A stretch of 34,381 bases of DNA, from positions 1-34,381 of the forward strand of contig NIVC01003230.1 in the NCBI GenBank assembly GCA_002269645.1. Reading direction: 5' to 3'. The notes beneath the pieces were generated by a model. The model was given only the letters and a program-made list of their open reading frames with translations, made no database searches and was not told the origin of the DNA. Shown here in pieces: positions 32,516-34,381 of this stretch. Position 1 is the first letter of the stretch. Each line of letters starts with the position of its first letter. Source of the DNA: Macrostomum lignano (taxonomy: Eukaryota). The position numbers and the translations under genes were made by a program.

Positions 32516-34261
32516 GATGTTAGTGAAGAGTCTCATCTCAGGGTGAGATGTTAGTGAAGAGTCTCAGGGTGAGATTTTAGTGAAGAAGAGTCTCCAGGGT
32601 GAGATGTTAGTGAAGAGTCTCAGGGTGAGATTTTAGTGAAGAAGAGTCTCCAGGGTGAGATTTTAGTGAAGAATCTCAAGGTGAGATTTTAGTGAAGAAG
32701 AGTCTCAGGGTGAGATGTTAGTGAAGAGTCTCAGGGTGAGATTTTAGTGAAGAATCTCAGGGTGAGATGTTAGTGAAGAATCTCAGGGTGAGATGTTAGT
32801 GAAGAATCTCAGGGTGAGATGTTAGTGAAGAATCTCAAGGTGAGATTTTAGTGAAGAATCTCATCTCAGGGTGAGATGTTAGTGAAGAATCTCAGGGTGA
32901 GATGTTAGTGAAGAATCTCAGGGTGAGATGTTAGTGAAGAATCTCAAGGTGAGATTTTAGTGAAGAATCTCATCTCAGGGTGAGATGTTAGTGAAGAGTC
33001 TCAGGGTGAGATGTTAGTGAAGAGTCTCAGGGTGAGATGTTAGTGAAGAGTCTCAGGGTGAGATGTTAGTGAAGAGTCTCAGGGTGAGATGTTAGTGAAG
33101 AGTCTCAGGGTGAGATTTTAGTGAAGAAAAGTCTCAGGGTGAGATGTTAGTGAAGAGTCTCAGGGTGAGATTTTAGTGAAGAGTCTCAGGGTGAGATGTT
33201 AGTGAAGAGTCTCAGGGTGAGATGTTAGTGAAGAGTCTCAGGGTGAGATTTTAGTGAAGAAGGTCTCAGGGTGAGATGTTAGTGAAGAGTCTCAGGGTGA
33301 GATTTTAGTGAAGAAGAGTCTCCAGGGTGAGATGTTAGTAAAGAATCTCAGGGTGAGATGTTAGTGAAGAATCTCAGGGTGAGATGTTAGTGAAGAATCT
33401 CAAGGTGAGATTTTAGTGAAGAATCTCATCTCAGGGTGAGATGTTAGTGAAGAGTCTCAGGGTGAGATGTTAGTGAAGAGTCTCAGGGTGAGATGTTAGT
33501 GAAGAGTCTCAGGGTGAGATGTTAGTGAAGAGTCTCAGGGTGAGATGTTAGTGAAGAGTCTCAGGGTGAGATGTTAGTGAAGAGTCTCAGGGTGAGATTT
33601 TAGTGAAGAAGAGTCTCAGGGTGAGATGTTAGTGAAGAGTCTCAGGGTGAGATTTTAGTGAAGAAGAGTCTCCAGGGGGAGATGTTAGTAAAGAATCTCA
33701 GGGTGAGATGTTAGTGAAGAATCTCAGGGTGAGATGTTAGTGAAGAATCTCAGGGTGAGATGTTAGTGAAGAGTCTCAAGGTGAGATTTTAGTGAAGAAT
33801 CTCATCTCAGGGTGAGATGTTAGTGAAGAGTCTCAGGGTGAGATGTTAGTGAGATCTCAGGGTGAGATGTTAGTGAAGAGTCTCAGGGTGAGATTTTAGT
33901 GAAGAAGAGTCTCCAGGGTGAGATGTTAGTGAAGAGTCTCAGGGTGAGATGTTAGTGAAGAATCTCAGGGTGAGATGTTAGTGAAGACTCTCAAGGTGAG
34001 ATTTTAGTGAAGAATCTCATCTCAGGGTGAGATGTTAGTGAAGAGTCTCAGGGTGAGATGTTAGTGAAGAGTCTCAGGGTGAGATGTTAGTGAAGAGTCT
34101 CAGGGTGAGATGTTAGTGAAGAGTCTCAGGGTGAGATTTTAGTGAAGAAGAGTCTTCAGGGTGAGATGTTAGTGAAGAGTCTTAGGGTGAGATGTTAGTG
34201 AAGAGTCTCAGGGTGAGATTTTAGTGAAGAATCTCAGGGTGAGATGCTAGTGAAGAGTCTC
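32516..34261. repeat. About 1.75-kb minisatellite with a 26-bp unit
   Basis: Unit AGGGTGAGATGTTAGTGAAGAGTCTC, with recurring variants (GATTTTAG, GAAGAAGAG, TCTCATCTC). Confidence 0.98.
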
Positions 34262-34381
34262 AAAATATAGATATACCTCAAGACGGCAGTGCTTTAAAAC
34301 TGTGCAAATATCAAGGCCCTCAATAAAAATTAGCAGCGTTTTGAAAGGAATTTCCTTTCAATGTCAGGCCAGCAGGCGCTT

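Noticed and set aside
32516-34261. Telomeric or subtelomeric repeat
   Set aside because: TTAG and AGGG occur separately in the unit; TTAGGG appears only as an isolated variant, with no (TTAGGG)n run.

Overview
Eukaryotic (animal) genomic window with two parts. (1) Positions 1 to about 12,274 hold the right-hand portion of an integrated Polinton/Maverick-like virus (adintovirus type). It carries a cryptic adenovirus-pX-like core gene, a protein-primed PolB with all catalytic motifs present and an HNH/EndoVII-like insert, an adenain cysteine protease, a membrane-hairpin protein with ESCRT late-domain-like motifs, a coiled-coil protein, an A32/FtsK packaging ATPase, an internal 9x21-bp array, two putative core proteins fused by a 1-nt deletion, and predicted major and minor capsid proteins. 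A repeat-containing candidate right TIR ends in ...CATCTACT(CT). All seven frameshifts I could phase unambiguously are -1, which points to assembly error rather than decay. No integrase or left end is in the window. (2) From about 12.3 kb to 34.4 kb is host DNA: GC-rich spliced genes (one spanning a 4.7-kb satellite intron, and an MS4A/CD20-like 4-TM gene), many unrelated minisatellite arrays and a foldback/MITE-like palindrome. The style suggests a flatworm such as Macrostomum, but this is an impression only. Family assignments come from motif recognition by eye, not from database searches.
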